Assembly (NCBI GenBank): GCA_963805495.1
Contig: CAWDUQ010000002.1
Span: 17,244-81,243 of the forward strand
Length of the DNA: 64,000 nucleotides
Source of the DNA: an uncultured Acidobacteriota bacterium
GTDB taxonomy: Bacteria > Acidobacteriota > Thermoanaerobaculia > UBA5066 > Gp7-AA6
Direction of reading: 5' to 3'
Shown here: piece by piece, positions 43,486-52,725 of the stretch
How positions within the stretch are numbered: position 1 is the stretch's first letter
How the letters are laid out: each line of letters starts with the position of its first letter
The notes under the pieces: generated by a model
The model's input: the letters and a program-made list of their open reading frames with translations, nothing else
Databases searched by the model: none
Told to the model about the DNA's origin: nothing
Translations under genes and position numbers: made by a program

Positions 43486-44732
43486 CCGCGGTGGACCTCG
43501 TGGCGCACGTGGCGGCTTTCGCTGGCGCTCTTCGGGAGCGCGGGGTCCGCGCGGGCCTCTCGGACGAGGCTGACGCCGTGGCCGCCCTGACGCTCGTCGA
43601 CCTCGCGGACCGCGAGGAGGTGCGCCTGGCGCTGCGGACGGCGCTGAAAATCCGCGCGCGCGACGCCGGGGTCTTCGAGGAGCTCTTCGCGCGCCTCTGG
43701 AGCAGCGCGGGCCGGCCGGCGCGCGAGCGCGCGGCCCGGGCCCGGTCGAGTCGGCGGGATGCGCCGCAGAAAAACTTCGGCGGCCTGCCGGCGTCGGCGG
43801 CCCGGGAAGTCGACCGGGAGGTGCGCGACGGGTCGGACCGAACGCCCGGCTACAGCCCCGAAGCGATGCTTCGCCGCAAGCCTTTCGACGAATGCTCCGA
43901 GCGGGACCTCGCCGCGATGGAGCGGCTGATGTCGCGCCTCGCCCTCTCGCTTGCGACGCGCCGCAGCCGGCGGCTCGTCCCGACCCGGGGCCGCGGCCGC
44001 GTCGATCCGCGCCGCAGCTTCCGGAAGGCCGTCGGGACGGCCGGCGAGCCGCTGCGCTTGGCGCGGCGGGAGCGGGCGATCGAGGAGCCGCGCCTGGTCG
44101 TCCTCTGCGACACCAGCGGCTCGATGGACCGCCACGTGCGGTTCCTGCTTTCCTTCCTGCTGTCGCTCAAGAAAGCCGCGCGCCGCACCGAGCTCTTCGC
44201 GTTCAACACCTCCCTCGTGAGGCTGACGCCCTGGATCTCGCCGGCGAAGATCGCGGCCACACTCGAGCGCCTCGCCGCCGGCGTTCCGGGCTGGTCCGGC
44301 GGCACCCAGATCGGCCGCAGCCTCGGCGCCTTCGTCGAGCGATACCTGGACGAGCTCGTCGATGCGAGGACGGTGGTCGTGATCGTCAGCGACGGTCTCG
44401 ACCGCGGGGACACGGCGGAGCTCGCGGCGGCGATGCGGGCGATCCGAGCCCGGGCGCGCAGGATCGTCTGGCTCAATCCGCTGCTCGGCGACGCGCGGTA
44501 CGAGCCGACCGCGCGGGGAATGGCGGCCGCCCTGCCGCACGTCGACGTCTTCGCGTCGGCGCACAACCTGGAAGCGCTCGAGAGGCTCGTTCCGCGGCTG
44601 TCGGCCGCCAGGGGTCAGCGTCTCGGATTTTTCGGATCCGAACCGGCTAGATCATTGGACGAGTCAGCCCTCGGATCCGAAAAATCGAGACCTGACCCCG
44701 TCGTTTTTCGCCTTCGAAAGGAGAGGTCATGA
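43482..44732 (+). CDS. coxE: VWA-domain protein (CoxE-type) with a repeat-encoded C-terminal extension
   Basis: [14 protein letters not shown] and ..[16 protein letters not shown].. are present. The homology-like sequence ends near ..[11 protein letters not shown]. The final 40 codons or so are read through the family-1 hairpin at 44611-44699. ATGA overlaps occur at both ends. Confidence 0.85.
   Translation: MTAVDLVAHVAAFAGALRERGVRAGLSDEADAVAALTLVDLADREEVRLALRTALKIRARDAGVFEELFARLWSSAGRPARERAARARSSRRDAPQKNFGGLPASAAREVDREVRDGSDRTPGYSPEAMLRRKPFDECSERDLAAMERLMSRLALSLATRRSRRLVPTRGRGRVDPRRSFRKAVGTAGEPLRLARRERAIEEPRLVVLCDTSGSMDRHVRFLLSFLLSLKKAARRTELFAFNTSLVRLTPWISPAKIAATLERLAAGVPGWSGGTQIGRSLGAFVERYLDELVDARTVVVIVSDGLDRGDTAELAAAMRAIRARARRIVWLNPLLGDARYEPTARGMAAALPHVDVFASAHNLEALERLVPRLSAARGQRLGFFGSEPARSLDESALGSEKSRPDPVVFRLRKERS
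44611..44699. repeat. Family-1 variant inverted pair (89-nt hairpin)
   Basis: Left arm: GGGGTCAGCGTCTCGGATTTTTCGGATCCGAA. Right arm, reverse complement: GGGGTCAGGTCTCGATTTTTCGGATCCGAGGG. It lies between the CoxE-like body and the coxM start. Confidence 0.8.
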
Positions 44733-45598
44733 TCCCGGCTGCGTTCGACTACCACTCTCCCGGCTCGCTCGCCGAGGCGCTCGAGCTCCTCGGCCGCTAC
44801 GACGACGCGAAGGTGCTGTCGGGAGGCCAGAGCCTCCTGCCGCTTCTGAAGCTTCGCCTCGGCTCGGCCGGGCACCTGATCGACATCAACCGCCTGCCCG
44901 GTCTCGAGTACATCAAGGAGGAGGGCGGGTTTCTGAAGATCGGCGGCCGGACGCGCGAGACGGCCCTCGAGCGGTCCGACATCGTTCGCGCGAAGTACCC
45001 GATCCTGGCCGACACCGCGGCCGTGATCGCGGACCCGATCGTGCGCAACCTCGCGACCGTCGGCGGCAACCTCGCGCACGGGGACCCGGCCAACGACCAC
45101 CCGGCGACGATGCTCGCCCTGGGGGCGGTCGTCGTCGCGACCGGACCGAAGGGCGAGCGAATGATTCCGATCGACGAGTTTTTCACGGGCCTCTTCGAGA
45201 CGGCGCTCGGGAAGAACGAGATCCTGACCGAGATCCGGGTTCCGCGTCCCGAGGGCAAGAGCCGCGGCGCCTACGTCAAGCTCGAGCGCAAGGTCGGGGA
45301 TTTCGCGACGGCGGGCGTGGCCGCGCAGGTCACTCTCGGTGCGGGCGGCGAGATCGCGAAGGCCGGCATCGGCCTGACCAATGCGGGCCTCACCCCCGTG
45401 CGGGCCGCGGAGGCCGAGAAGTTCCTCCAGGGCAAGAAGCCCGACGCCGCGACGATCGCGGAGGCGGGCAGGCTCGCGGCGGGGGCCTCGGATCCCTCGC
45501 CGGACCGGCGGGGCACGGTCGAGTACAAGAAGGAGATGGCCCGCGTGCTCACGATGCGGGCGTTGAAGAAGGCCGTCGAACGGGCCCAGGGAGCGTAG
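44729..45598 (+). CDS. coxM: CO dehydrogenase medium (FAD-binding) subunit
   Basis: AAGGAGAGG lies upstream of the ATG. The FAD-binding pattern ..[14 protein letters not shown].. is present and the size (289 aa) and position before coxS-coxL fit. Confidence 0.9.
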   Translation: MIPAAFDYHSPGSLAEALELLGRYDDAKVLSGGQSLLPLLKLRLGSAGHLIDINRLPGLEYIKEEGGFLKIGGRTRETALERSDIVRAKYPILADTAAVIADPIVRNLATVGGNLAHGDPANDHPATMLALGAVVVATGPKGERMIPIDEFFTGLFETALGKNEILTEIRVPRPEGKSRGAYVKLERKVGDFATAGVAAQVTLGAGGEIAKAGIGLTNAGLTPVRAAEAEKFLQGKKPDAATIAEAGRLAAGASDPSPDRRGTVEYKKEMARVLTMRALKKAVERAQGA

Positions 45599-45600
45599 CC

Positions 45601-46089
45601 ATGGCGAAACACCACATCAAGATCACGGTCAACGGTGCCGCGCGCGAGGGGGACGTCGAGTCGCGCACCCTCCTCGTCCATTTCCTCCGCGAGACGCTTC
45701 GACTGACGGGGACGCACATCGGCTGCGACACGTCGCACTGCGGCGCGTGCACCGTGCTCCTCGACGGGACTCCGGTCAAGTCGTGCACCGTCCTTGCCGT
45801 GCAGGCCGACGGCCGGCAGGTCATGACGGTCGAGGGGCTCGAGCAGGGGGGCAAGCTCGACCCGATCCAGGAGGGCTTCTATCAGGAGCACGGCCTGCAG
45901 TGCGGCTACTGCACGCCCGGCATGATGATGACGAGCTACGCTCTGCTGAAGATCAACGCGAGCCCGAGCGAGGGGGAGATCCGGCAGGCCATCTCCGGCA
46001 ACCTCTGCCGGTGCACCGGCTACGTCAACATCGTCAAGTCCGTCCAGCACGCGGCGGCGGCCATGGGCGCGGCCGCGCCCGCGAAGTAG
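45601..46089 (+). CDS. coxS: CO dehydrogenase small ([2Fe-2S]) subunit
   Basis: The two cluster motifs are [11 protein letters not shown] and CGYCTPG...CRCTGY. Confidence 0.95.
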   Translation: MAKHHIKITVNGAAREGDVESRTLLVHFLRETLRLTGTHIGCDTSHCGACTVLLDGTPVKSCTVLAVQADGRQVMTVEGLEQGGKLDPIQEGFYQEHGLQCGYCTPGMMMTSYALLKINASPSEGEIRQAISGNLCRCTGYVNIVKSVQHAAAAMGAAAPAK

Positions 46090-46097
46090 GGGGATCC

Positions 46098-48464
46098 ATG
46101 GAACCCAAGACGACCGCCGCCGTCGGAGGCATGGGCCACTCGATCAAGCGCAAGGAAGACCCGCGCTTCCTCCGCGGCCAGGGCAACTACGTCGACGACA
46201 TCCAGCTTCCGGGCATGCTCCACATGGACATCGTCCGCAGCCCCTATGCCCACGCGAAGATCAAGAAGATCGACTCCTCGAAGGCCCTCCAGGTGCCGGG
46301 CGTGCTCGCCGTCATCACCGGCGAGACGCTCGCGCAGTACAAGCTCCACTGGATGCCGACGCTGATGTCGGACACCCAGATGGTGCTCCCGACCGACCGC
46401 GTCATGTACCAGGCCCAGGAGGTCGCGGCGGTCATTGCGACCGACCGCTACACGGCGGCCGACGGGGTCGCGGCCGTCGAGGTCGAGTACGAGCCGCTGC
46501 CCGTCGTCCTCGACCCGTTCGAGGCGATGAAGCCGGGCGCGCCGGTGCTGCGGACCGACAAGGAAGGAAAGAAGGACAACCACATCTGGCACTGGGAGGC
46601 CGGGGACCGGGCGAAGACCGACGCCGCGTCGAAGGCCTCGGACGTCGTCGTCCGCGAGAAGATCTACATCCCGCGCATCCACGTCGCCTCGATCGAGACC
46701 TGCGGCTGCGTCGCGGACTTCCATCCCGCGACCGGCAAGCTCATCGTCTACATGACGACGCAGGCGCCGCACGCGATCCGCACGGTCTTCGCGCTCGTCG
46801 CCGGCCACGTGGGCCTCTCGGAGGAAAAGATCCGGATCGTGTCGCCCGACATCGGCGGCGGCTTCGGCGGGAAGGTGCCCGTGTACCCGGGGTACGTCAT
46901 CGCGGTCGCGGCCTCGGTCGTCATCGGCAAGCCCATCAAGTGGGTCGAGGACCGGATGGAAAACCTGCAGGCGGATTCCTTCGCCCGCGACTACCACATG
47001 GAGGCCGAGCTTTCGGCGAAGAAGGACGGCACCATGACGGCCCTGAAGATCAAGACCGTCGCCGACCACGGCTACGCCGACGCCGCGGCGAACCCGTCCA
47101 AGTTCCCGGCCGGGCTCTTCTCGATCTGCACCGGCTCCTACGACATCAAGACCGCGTTCTGCGAGGTCGACGGCGTCTACACGAACAAGCCGCCGGGAGG
47201 CGTCGCGTACCGCTGCTCGTTCCGCGTCACCGAGGCCGTGCACGCCATCGAGCGGATGGTCGACCGGCTCGCGCAGGAGCTGAAGATGGACCCGGCCGAG
47301 CTGCGGATGAAGAACTTCATCCCGCCCGACAAGTTCCCGTACCACTCGGCGCTCGGCTGGGAGTACGACAGCGGCAACTACCCCGCGGCCCTGAAGAAGG
47401 CCATGGAGATGATCGACTACGCGGGCCTGCGCAGGGAGCAGGCCGAGAAGCGGAAGAAGGGCGAGTTGATGGGCATCGGCATCTCGAGCTTCACCGAGAT
47501 CGTCGGCGCCGGGCCCTCCAAGCACTTCGACATCCTCGGCATCAAGATGTTCGACTCCTGCGAGCTCCGGATCCACCCCACGGGCAAGGCGATGGCGCGC
47601 TTCGGCACGAAGTCCCAGGGCCAGGGCCACGAGACGACCTACGCCCAGATCATCGCCGAGGAGCTCGGCATCCCCGCCGCCCACGTCGAGGTCGAAGAGG
47701 GCGACACGGACACGGCGCCCTACGGCCTGGGCACCTATGCCAGCCGCTCCACGCCGACGGCCGGCGCGGCCGGGGCGATGGCGGCCCGCAAGGTCCGCGA
47801 CAAGGCCCGCAAGATCGCGGCGTACCTGCTCGAGGTGGCCGAGGAGGACCTCGTCTGGGAGCCGGGCAAGTTCTCGGTCAAGGGCGCGCCGCAGAAATCC
47901 AAGACGATCCAGGACATCGCGTTCGCGGCCTACACGAACCACCCGCAGGGGATGGAGGCGGGGCTCGAGGCCGTCGACTACTACGATCCGCCAAACCTGA
48001 CGTTTCCGTTCGGCAGCTACATCTGCGTCGTCGACATCGATCGCGGCACGGGCGAGGTCAAGATCCGCCGGTTCGTCGCGGTCGACGACTGCGGCAACAT
48101 CATCAATCCCATGATCGTCGACGGCCAGATCCACGGCGGCCTTTCGATGGGCATGGCCCCGGCCCTGATGGAGGAGATCACCTACGACGCCAACGGCAAC
48201 AACCAGGCCGGCAGCTTCATGGACTACCTCGTTCCGACGTCGATGGAGACGCCGAAGTGGGAAACCGGCAAGACCGTGACGCCTTCGCCGCACCATCCGT
48301 TCGGCGCGAAGGGCGTGGGGGAGTCGGCCACGGTCGGCGCGCCGCCGGCGATCGTGAACGCCGTCGTCGACGCCCTGTCGCACCTGGGCGTGAAGCACAT
48401 CGACATCCCGATGACCCCCGAGAAGGTCTGGAACATCCTCCACGCCAAAGGGGTCGCCGAGTAG
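46098..48464 (+). CDS. coxL: Form I aerobic CO dehydrogenase large (Mo-Cu) subunit
   Basis: 788 aa of the molybdopterin hydroxylase family. The active-site loop GGVAYRCSFRVTEA carries the form I AYxCSFR signature. The gene order is M-S-L. Confidence 0.92.
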   Translation: MEPKTTAAVGGMGHSIKRKEDPRFLRGQGNYVDDIQLPGMLHMDIVRSPYAHAKIKKIDSSKALQVPGVLAVITGETLAQYKLHWMPTLMSDTQMVLPTDRVMYQAQEVAAVIATDRYTAADGVAAVEVEYEPLPVVLDPFEAMKPGAPVLRTDKEGKKDNHIWHWEAGDRAKTDAASKASDVVVREKIYIPRIHVASIETCGCVADFHPATGKLIVYMTTQAPHAIRTVFALVAGHVGLSEEKIRIVSPDIGGGFGGKVPVYPGYVIAVAASVVIGKPIKWVEDRMENLQADSFARDYHMEAELSAKKDGTMTALKIKTVADHGYADAAANPSKFPAGLFSICTGSYDIKTAFCEVDGVYTNKPPGGVAYRCSFRVTEAVHAIERMVDRLAQELKMDPAELRMKNFIPPDKFPYHSALGWEYDSGNYPAALKKAMEMIDYAGLRREQAEKRKKGELMGIGISSFTEIVGAGPSKHFDILGIKMFDSCELRIHPTGKAMARFGTKSQGQGHETTYAQIIAEELGIPAAHVEVEEGDTDTAPYGLGTYASRSTPTAGAAGAMAARKVRDKARKIAAYLLEVAEEDLVWEPGKFSVKGAPQKSKTIQDIAFAAYTNHPQGMEAGLEAVDYYDPPNLTFPFGSYICVVDIDRGTGEVKIRRFVAVDDCGNIINPMIVDGQIHGGLSMGMAPALMEEITYDANGNNQAGSFMDYLVPTSMETPKWETGKTVTPSPHHPFGAKGVGESATVGAPPAIVNAVVDALSHLGVKHIDIPMTPEKVWNILHAKGVAE

Positions 48465-48466
48465 GT

Positions 48467-48519
48467 GGGGTCAGCCCTGAAAGAATGACACTTGGGGCCT
48501 GACCTGAACATCTGACGTT
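48467..48519 (+). repeat. Family-1 tandem doublet
   Basis: GGGGTCAGCCCTGAAAGAATGACACTT followed by GGGGCCTGACCTGAACATCTGACGTT. The first 27 nt are identical to the reverse complement of 29884-29910. The doublet starts 3 nt after the coxL TAG. Confidence 0.85.
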
Positions 48520-48533
48520 TATGGAGGGCCGGC

Positions 48534-49472
48534 TCAGGCGGCGCCGACCCGCAGGCGCCGCCGCGACGAGGCCTGGATCGCGCGGACGAAATCCTCGATG
48601 AAGGGGAGTGGCCGGCGCCGCTTGAGCGTCGCGGCGCTCCAGTGCCGCCGGAGTCCCTTGCGCGTGATGCGCTTCGCCGCGAGCGTGCCCGCGCGAACCT
48701 GGGGCGCGACGGCCCAGCGCGCGAGAACTCCGACGCCGAGGCCGGCGCGGGCCATCTCGATCAGGGCCTCCGTCAGCTCGATCGGCGACCAGCGGCGCGG
48801 CTCGACGCCCGCGGGCCGCAGCACGTAGCGATAGACGTCGAGGTCCTCGCGCGGGACCGACAGCGTCAGGAGCGTCTCGCCCGCGAAATCGGCGGCTTCG
48901 AGGTGCGGCCGCTTCGCCAGGGGATGGCGCGTGCTCATGACGGCGACGAGCTCGTCGTCGAACAGGGGATGGACCGCGATCCGGCGGCTCTTGACGGGAT
49001 CGCTGACGATCCCGACGTCGAGGTCGCCCGAGAGGAGCGCCGGAATCGGGCGCCGCGTGGCTTCGAGCACGATGCGGACGTCGACGGACGGATGGTTCGT
49101 CTGGAAGGCCCGGAGCGGCTCCGGGAGCCAGTGGTAGCAGGTGTAGCACTCGGTGGCGAGGCGGAGCACCCCGGCCGGGTCCGCCGACGTCGCAGCGATG
49201 TCCCGGGCGGCCGAGGCCATCTCCTCGCCAACCTTCCGCGCCGCCTCGATCAGGCGCACCCCCGCGGGCGTCGGTGTCATCCGCTTGTGGCCTCGCTGGA
49301 AGAGGGAGGTATCGAGGGCGCGCTCGGCGTCCGCGAGCTGGTGGGAGAGTGCAGATTGGGAGAGGTGAAGTCGCCGCGCGGCGGCGGTCAGCGTGCCCTC
49401 TTCGGAAACGGCGAGAACGAGCTGCAGGTGCCGGAGGTCGAGGCCGGCGGACGGTCGCTCCACGATGTTCAT
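48534..49472 (-). CDS. LysR-family transcriptional regulator
   Basis: The N-terminal HTH is [34 protein letters not shown], followed by a LysR substrate-binding domain. Confidence 0.9.
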   Translation of the reverse strand: MNIVERPSAGLDLRHLQLVLAVSEEGTLTAAARRLHLSQSALSHQLADAERALDTSLFQRGHKRMTPTPAGVRLIEAARKVGEEMASAARDIAATSADPAGVLRLATECYTCYHWLPEPLRAFQTNHPSVDVRIVLEATRRPIPALLSGDLDVGIVSDPVKSRRIAVHPLFDDELVAVMSTRHPLAKRPHLEAADFAGETLLTLSVPREDLDVYRYVLRPAGVEPRRWSPIELTEALIEMARAGLGVGVLARWAVAPQVRAGTLAAKRITRKGLRRHWSAATLKRRRPLPFIEDFVRAIQASSRRRLRVGAA

Positions 49473-49476
49473 GAGG

Positions 49477-49490
49477 ATATCGCATGATAT
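49477..49490. promoter_or_regulatory. AT-rich inverted repeat ATATC-N4-GATAT in the 11-nt gap between divergent start codons; candidate LysR box
   Basis: ATATCGCATGATAT is flanked by two TCATGA hexamers and overlaps the ATG at 49484. Confidence 0.35.
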
Positions 49491-50344
49491 TCATGAGAAC
49501 AATTCGCTTTCAGGATGACCGTGGGGCGCGTAATCTGGCGGCCGTGGGGGAGCGGCTGAAGACCGAGACGATCGACCGGGACGCCGTTCTCTTCCGCGGG
49601 GAGAAATACGACTCGGGGGCGCTGGCGCTCCTCGACGGAGGCCGGGCGCTTCTCGTGGACGGGCTCGGCTCGGCCGAAGACGCCGCACAGCTGAAGTCCG
49701 TCCTCGTCGGCGAGATGGGCCGGCGCGTGGAGCTTCTGGTCAGCACCCACTACTTCAGCGACCACATGGCCGCCTGGAGGACGTTTCCGGAGGCGCCGGT
49801 CGTCGCCCATGAAAACTCCGTCGCCACGTTCTGGACGGAGAAGTTCCGCTCGCCGGAAGAGGCGGCCCACTTCCGTTCTCCGACGTACCGGCTCGCCGGG
49901 CGGCTCGGCCTGACCTGGGGACGGTTCAACCTCGAGCTCTTCGAGAACCCCGGCCACACGGCGGGCACGCTCAACGTCGACATTCCCGAGCTCGACCTGC
50001 TGCACGTCGGGGACACGGCCGTGGGACGGATGGCGTACATCCACTATTCGGCGCCGGAGGCGGTCGACCGGGCGCTCGCGCGGGCGCTCGGCCGGGGCCG
50101 GGGGCGCGTCCTGCGCTCGCACGGCCCGCTCACGGATGACGGGGCGCTCCGCTCGGCGCGCGGATATCTCGCGAACCTGCGGGCCCGTGTGCTCGAAGCG
50201 CGCGCGGCGGGGCGGCCGGTCGAAGAGATCCGGATCGAGGAGTGCCTGCCGGCCGGTCCGCCGGCCACGGACTTCGAGACGCTCTTCCACCGGCGCAACC
50301 TCGCTTCGATCGAGGTGCGCGGGCTCTACGCGGTGGCCGCGTGA
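49484..50344 (+). CDS. MBL-fold metallo-hydrolase
   Basis: STHYFSDH (an HxHxDH variant) and NPGHTAGT are present. The start is uncertain (49484, 49493 or further downstream) because it lies only 11 nt from the divergent LysR start. Confidence 0.7.
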   Translation: MIFMRTIRFQDDRGARNLAAVGERLKTETIDRDAVLFRGEKYDSGALALLDGGRALLVDGLGSAEDAAQLKSVLVGEMGRRVELLVSTHYFSDHMAAWRTFPEAPVVAHENSVATFWTEKFRSPEEAAHFRSPTYRLAGRLGLTWGRFNLELFENPGHTAGTLNVDIPELDLLHVGDTAVGRMAYIHYSAPEAVDRALARALGRGRGRVLRSHGPLTDDGALRSARGYLANLRARVLEARAAGRPVEEIRIEECLPAGPPATDFETLFHRRNLASIEVRGLYAVAA

Positions 50345-50688
50345 TCGTCGTCCTGTTCCGGTCGCGGCTGACCGACGAGGCCGGTGAAGAATACGCGGCG
50401 ATGGACCAGATGCTCGCCGAGAAGGCGCGGAACGCCCCCGGTTTCGTCGACGTCAAGAGCTTCACCGCGTCCGACGGCGAGCGCCTGACGATCGTCTGGT
50501 GGAAGGATCTCGAGACGCTCCGTCAGTGGCGGGAGGATCCCGCCCACCGCGTCGCGCAGGAGAAAGGCCGGCGGCTCTGGTATCGGTACTACGACATGGA
50601 GGTGGCCGAGGTCGTCCGCGAGAGTCACTTCGCGCGGCAAAGTTCAGACTTTCAGGTCAGGCCCCAGGTTACAGACTTGCAGGGCTGA
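50341..50688 (+). CDS. ABM (antibiotic biosynthesis monooxygenase)-domain protein with a repeat-encoded tail
   Basis: The GTG start overlaps the upstream stop (GTGA). [10 protein letters not shown]...FVDVKSF..DGERLTIVWWKDLETLRQWREDPAH is an ABM pattern. The last 16 codons or so and the TGA (50686-50688) lie inside the family-1 doublet. Confidence 0.75.
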   Translation: MIVVLFRSRLTDEAGEEYAAMDQMLAEKARNAPGFVDVKSFTASDGERLTIVWWKDLETLRQWREDPAHRVAQEKGRRLWYRYYDMEVAEVVRESHFARQSSDFQVRPQVTDLQG

Positions 50689-50692
50689 CCCC
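50639..50692 (-). repeat. Family-1 tandem doublet (reverse orientation)
   Basis: The reverse complement reads GGGGTCAGCCCTGCAAGTCTGTAACCT followed by GGGGCCTGACCTGAAAGTCTGAACTT. Confidence 0.85.
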
Positions 50693-50703
50693 CGGGAGGA
50701 GCG

Positions 50704-51211
50704 ATGGCGGAGACGTTCGAGGAGTACACGGGGAGGATCGAGTCGTACGCGAAGGGGCGGGACCGGGTGGCGATCCTCGGGCCGGACGCCGCGCGCGCTC
50801 GCGCGGCGGGTCGCGGGGGCGTCGAAGGCGCGCCTGACGCGGCGGCCGCGGCCCGGCAAGTGGTCGGTCGGAGAGATCCTCGCGCACCTGTCGGAGGTCG
50901 AGCTGCTCTGGGGCTATCGCCTCCGCGTGCTGCTCGAGAAGAGCGGCGTCCCGCTCCTCGGCATGGACCAGGAGACCTGGGCGAAGAACTCCCGGTACCG
51001 CGAGATTCCCCCGCGCGAGGCCCTGGAGGCCTTCGTGGCCCAGCGGCGCGCGAACCTGAGGCTGATCCGCCGCATGCGGGGCAAGACGCTCTCCCGCTGG
51101 GGAGCGCACTCGCAGTTCGGACGCCTGACGATCGACCGGATCGTCACGCTCATGGCCGGCCACGATCTCAACCACTCCCGCCAGGTCGAGGCGATCCTGT
51201 CGGGACGCTGA
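50704..51211 (+). pseudogene. DinB-family (DinB_2) protein with an apparent frameshift
   Basis: MAETFEEYTGRIESYAKGRDRVAILG is in the frame of ORF 50704. The rest, ..PRALARRVAGASKARLTRRPRPGKWSVGEILAHLSEVELLWGYR...MAGHDLNHSRQ, is in the frame that ends at 51211. The shift lies near 50780-50795. Confidence 0.65.
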
Positions 51212-51471
51212 GCGAGTTCCGGTTTCGTCGGCCGCTTCGGGGAGTGGCCCCGCCGCGAGGAGGCCCGCCGGCCGGGCATTTTCGCCGGTCGCGGGCCGGG
51301 AGCCGCCTGGCGAGCGGTGCCCCGAGTCCCGGCTCCGGAGGGCGGTCGGACGCAACGAGAGGGACGCGGGCCCCGGTTCCGCTGTAAATTGAGGGTCTCG
51401 GTGCCTGGACGACCTCACTTTTGTGGAACGCGCCGATGCGCGTCCCGGTTGGACTCCTGGAGGTGAAAGGG

Positions 51472-52725
51472 ATGAGCTCGCGGAAGCCGGAGCAGGAGCC
51501 TCTGGTGCACGCTCCGGGGGAGGACGCGGTCGGAGCGGGCGTCGGGCCGTCGACCGACCGCCCGCGCCGGCGGGGTCTCTGGTTCGTCGCCGGGGCCCTG
51601 GTCGTCGTCGCGGCGGCGCTCGTCCTCTGGCGCTCGGGTCGGCCCGGCGAAGGCGGCAAGGGCGCCGGCAAAGGCAAGACCCCCCCGCCCGTCCCGGTCG
51701 TCGTGGACGAAGCGACGACCGGCGCGTTCCCCGTCTACCTGACCGGTCTCGGGACCGTCACGCCCCTCTCGACCGTCACGGTGCGGCCCCGCGTCGACGG
51801 GCAGCTCCTGAGCGTCGCGTTCCGCGAGGGCCAGCTCGTGAAGGCCGGCGACCTCCTCGCCCAGATCGATCCGCGGCCCTTCGAGGTGGAGCTCATCCAG
51901 GCCCAGGGTCAGCTCGCCAAGGACGAGGCCGTGCTGAAGAACGCGAAGCTCGACGAAGAGCGCCTCAAGAGCCTCGTGACGCAGGGCCTGGTGCCGCAGC
52001 AACAGGTCGATGCCCAGGCGGCGCAGGTCTCGCAGTCCGAAGCGGCGGTCGAGAGCGACCGGGGCGCGATCGAGGGGGCGAAGCTCCACCTGACGTACGC
52101 GCGCATCACCGCTCCGGTTTCGGGCCGCACGGGTCTGCGACTGGTCGACCCCGGCAACATGGTGCACGCCTCCGACGCCGGCGGCATCGTCGTCCTGACG
52201 CAGCTCGACCCGGTCGGGGTCCTCTTCACGCTTCCGGAGGACAACCTCCAGGCGCTCCTGCCGAAGATTCGCGCCGGCGCGGCGCTGCCGGTCGAAGCCT
52301 GGGACCGGGATCTCAAGAACCGCCTCGAGACCGGCAAGCTCCTGACCGTCGACAACCAGATCGATCCCTCGACCGGCACGGTCCGGTTGAAGGCGGTCTT
52401 CGACAATCATCGCGCGGCGCTCTTCCCGAACCAGTTCGTCAACGTGCGGCTTCTGGTCGAAACCCTCCGCGGCGTCGTGACCGTGCCGACGGCCGCGATC
52501 CAGCGGACGACGACCGGGGCCATGGTCTACGTCGTCGGCGCGGGCGACACGGTCGCGATGCGGCCGGTCGAGGTCGGGCCGTCCAACGGCCGCACCGCGG
52601 TCGTGACCCGGGGTGTCGCGGCCGGAGACGTGGTCGTCGTCGACGGCGTCGACAAGCTGCAGGACGGGTCGAAGGTCCTCGCCCGGAAGGCGGGAGAGCG
52701 GAGCGCTTCGTCGAGGCCTTCTTGA
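51472..52725 (+). CDS. mdtA: RND efflux periplasmic adaptor (MdtA-like)
   Basis: This is an HlyD/MFP pattern: ..[35 protein letters not shown].. plus ..[13 protein letters not shown]... A TM anchor is present. Confidence 0.9.
   Translation: MSSRKPEQEPLVHAPGEDAVGAGVGPSTDRPRRRGLWFVAGALVVVAAALVLWRSGRPGEGGKGAGKGKTPPPVPVVVDEATTGAFPVYLTGLGTVTPLSTVTVRPRVDGQLLSVAFREGQLVKAGDLLAQIDPRPFEVELIQAQGQLAKDEAVLKNAKLDEERLKSLVTQGLVPQQQVDAQAAQVSQSEAAVESDRGAIEGAKLHLTYARITAPVSGRTGLRLVDPGNMVHASDAGGIVVLTQLDPVGVLFTLPEDNLQALLPKIRAGAALPVEAWDRDLKNRLETGKLLTVDNQIDPSTGTVRLKAVFDNHRAALFPNQFVNVRLLVETLRGVVTVPTAAIQRTTTGAMVYVVGAGDTVAMRPVEVGPSNGRTAVVTRGVAAGDVVVVDGVDKLQDGSKVLARKAGERSASSRPS

Noticed and set aside
46087-46100. GTAGGGGGATCC at the coxS-coxL junction, as a REP head.
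   Set aside because: No complementary arm follows. The sequence is simply a stop codon, a Shine-Dalgarno-like GGGGGA and the coxL ATG.
46098-48464. Whether the large subunit is a form II CODH-like enzyme or a xanthine dehydrogenase instead of a true CO dehydrogenase.
   Set aside because: The active-site loop reads AYRCSFR (form I) and not AYRGAGR. The gene order is M-S-L and coxD/coxE-type maturation genes are adjacent. Phylogeny is still needed for certainty.
51212-51471. The 260-nt region upstream of mdtA, as a riboswitch, sRNA or missing regulator gene.
   Set aside because: I could see no recognisable riboswitch core, stable conserved-looking hairpin or credible ORF. It remains unexplained but without positive evidence.
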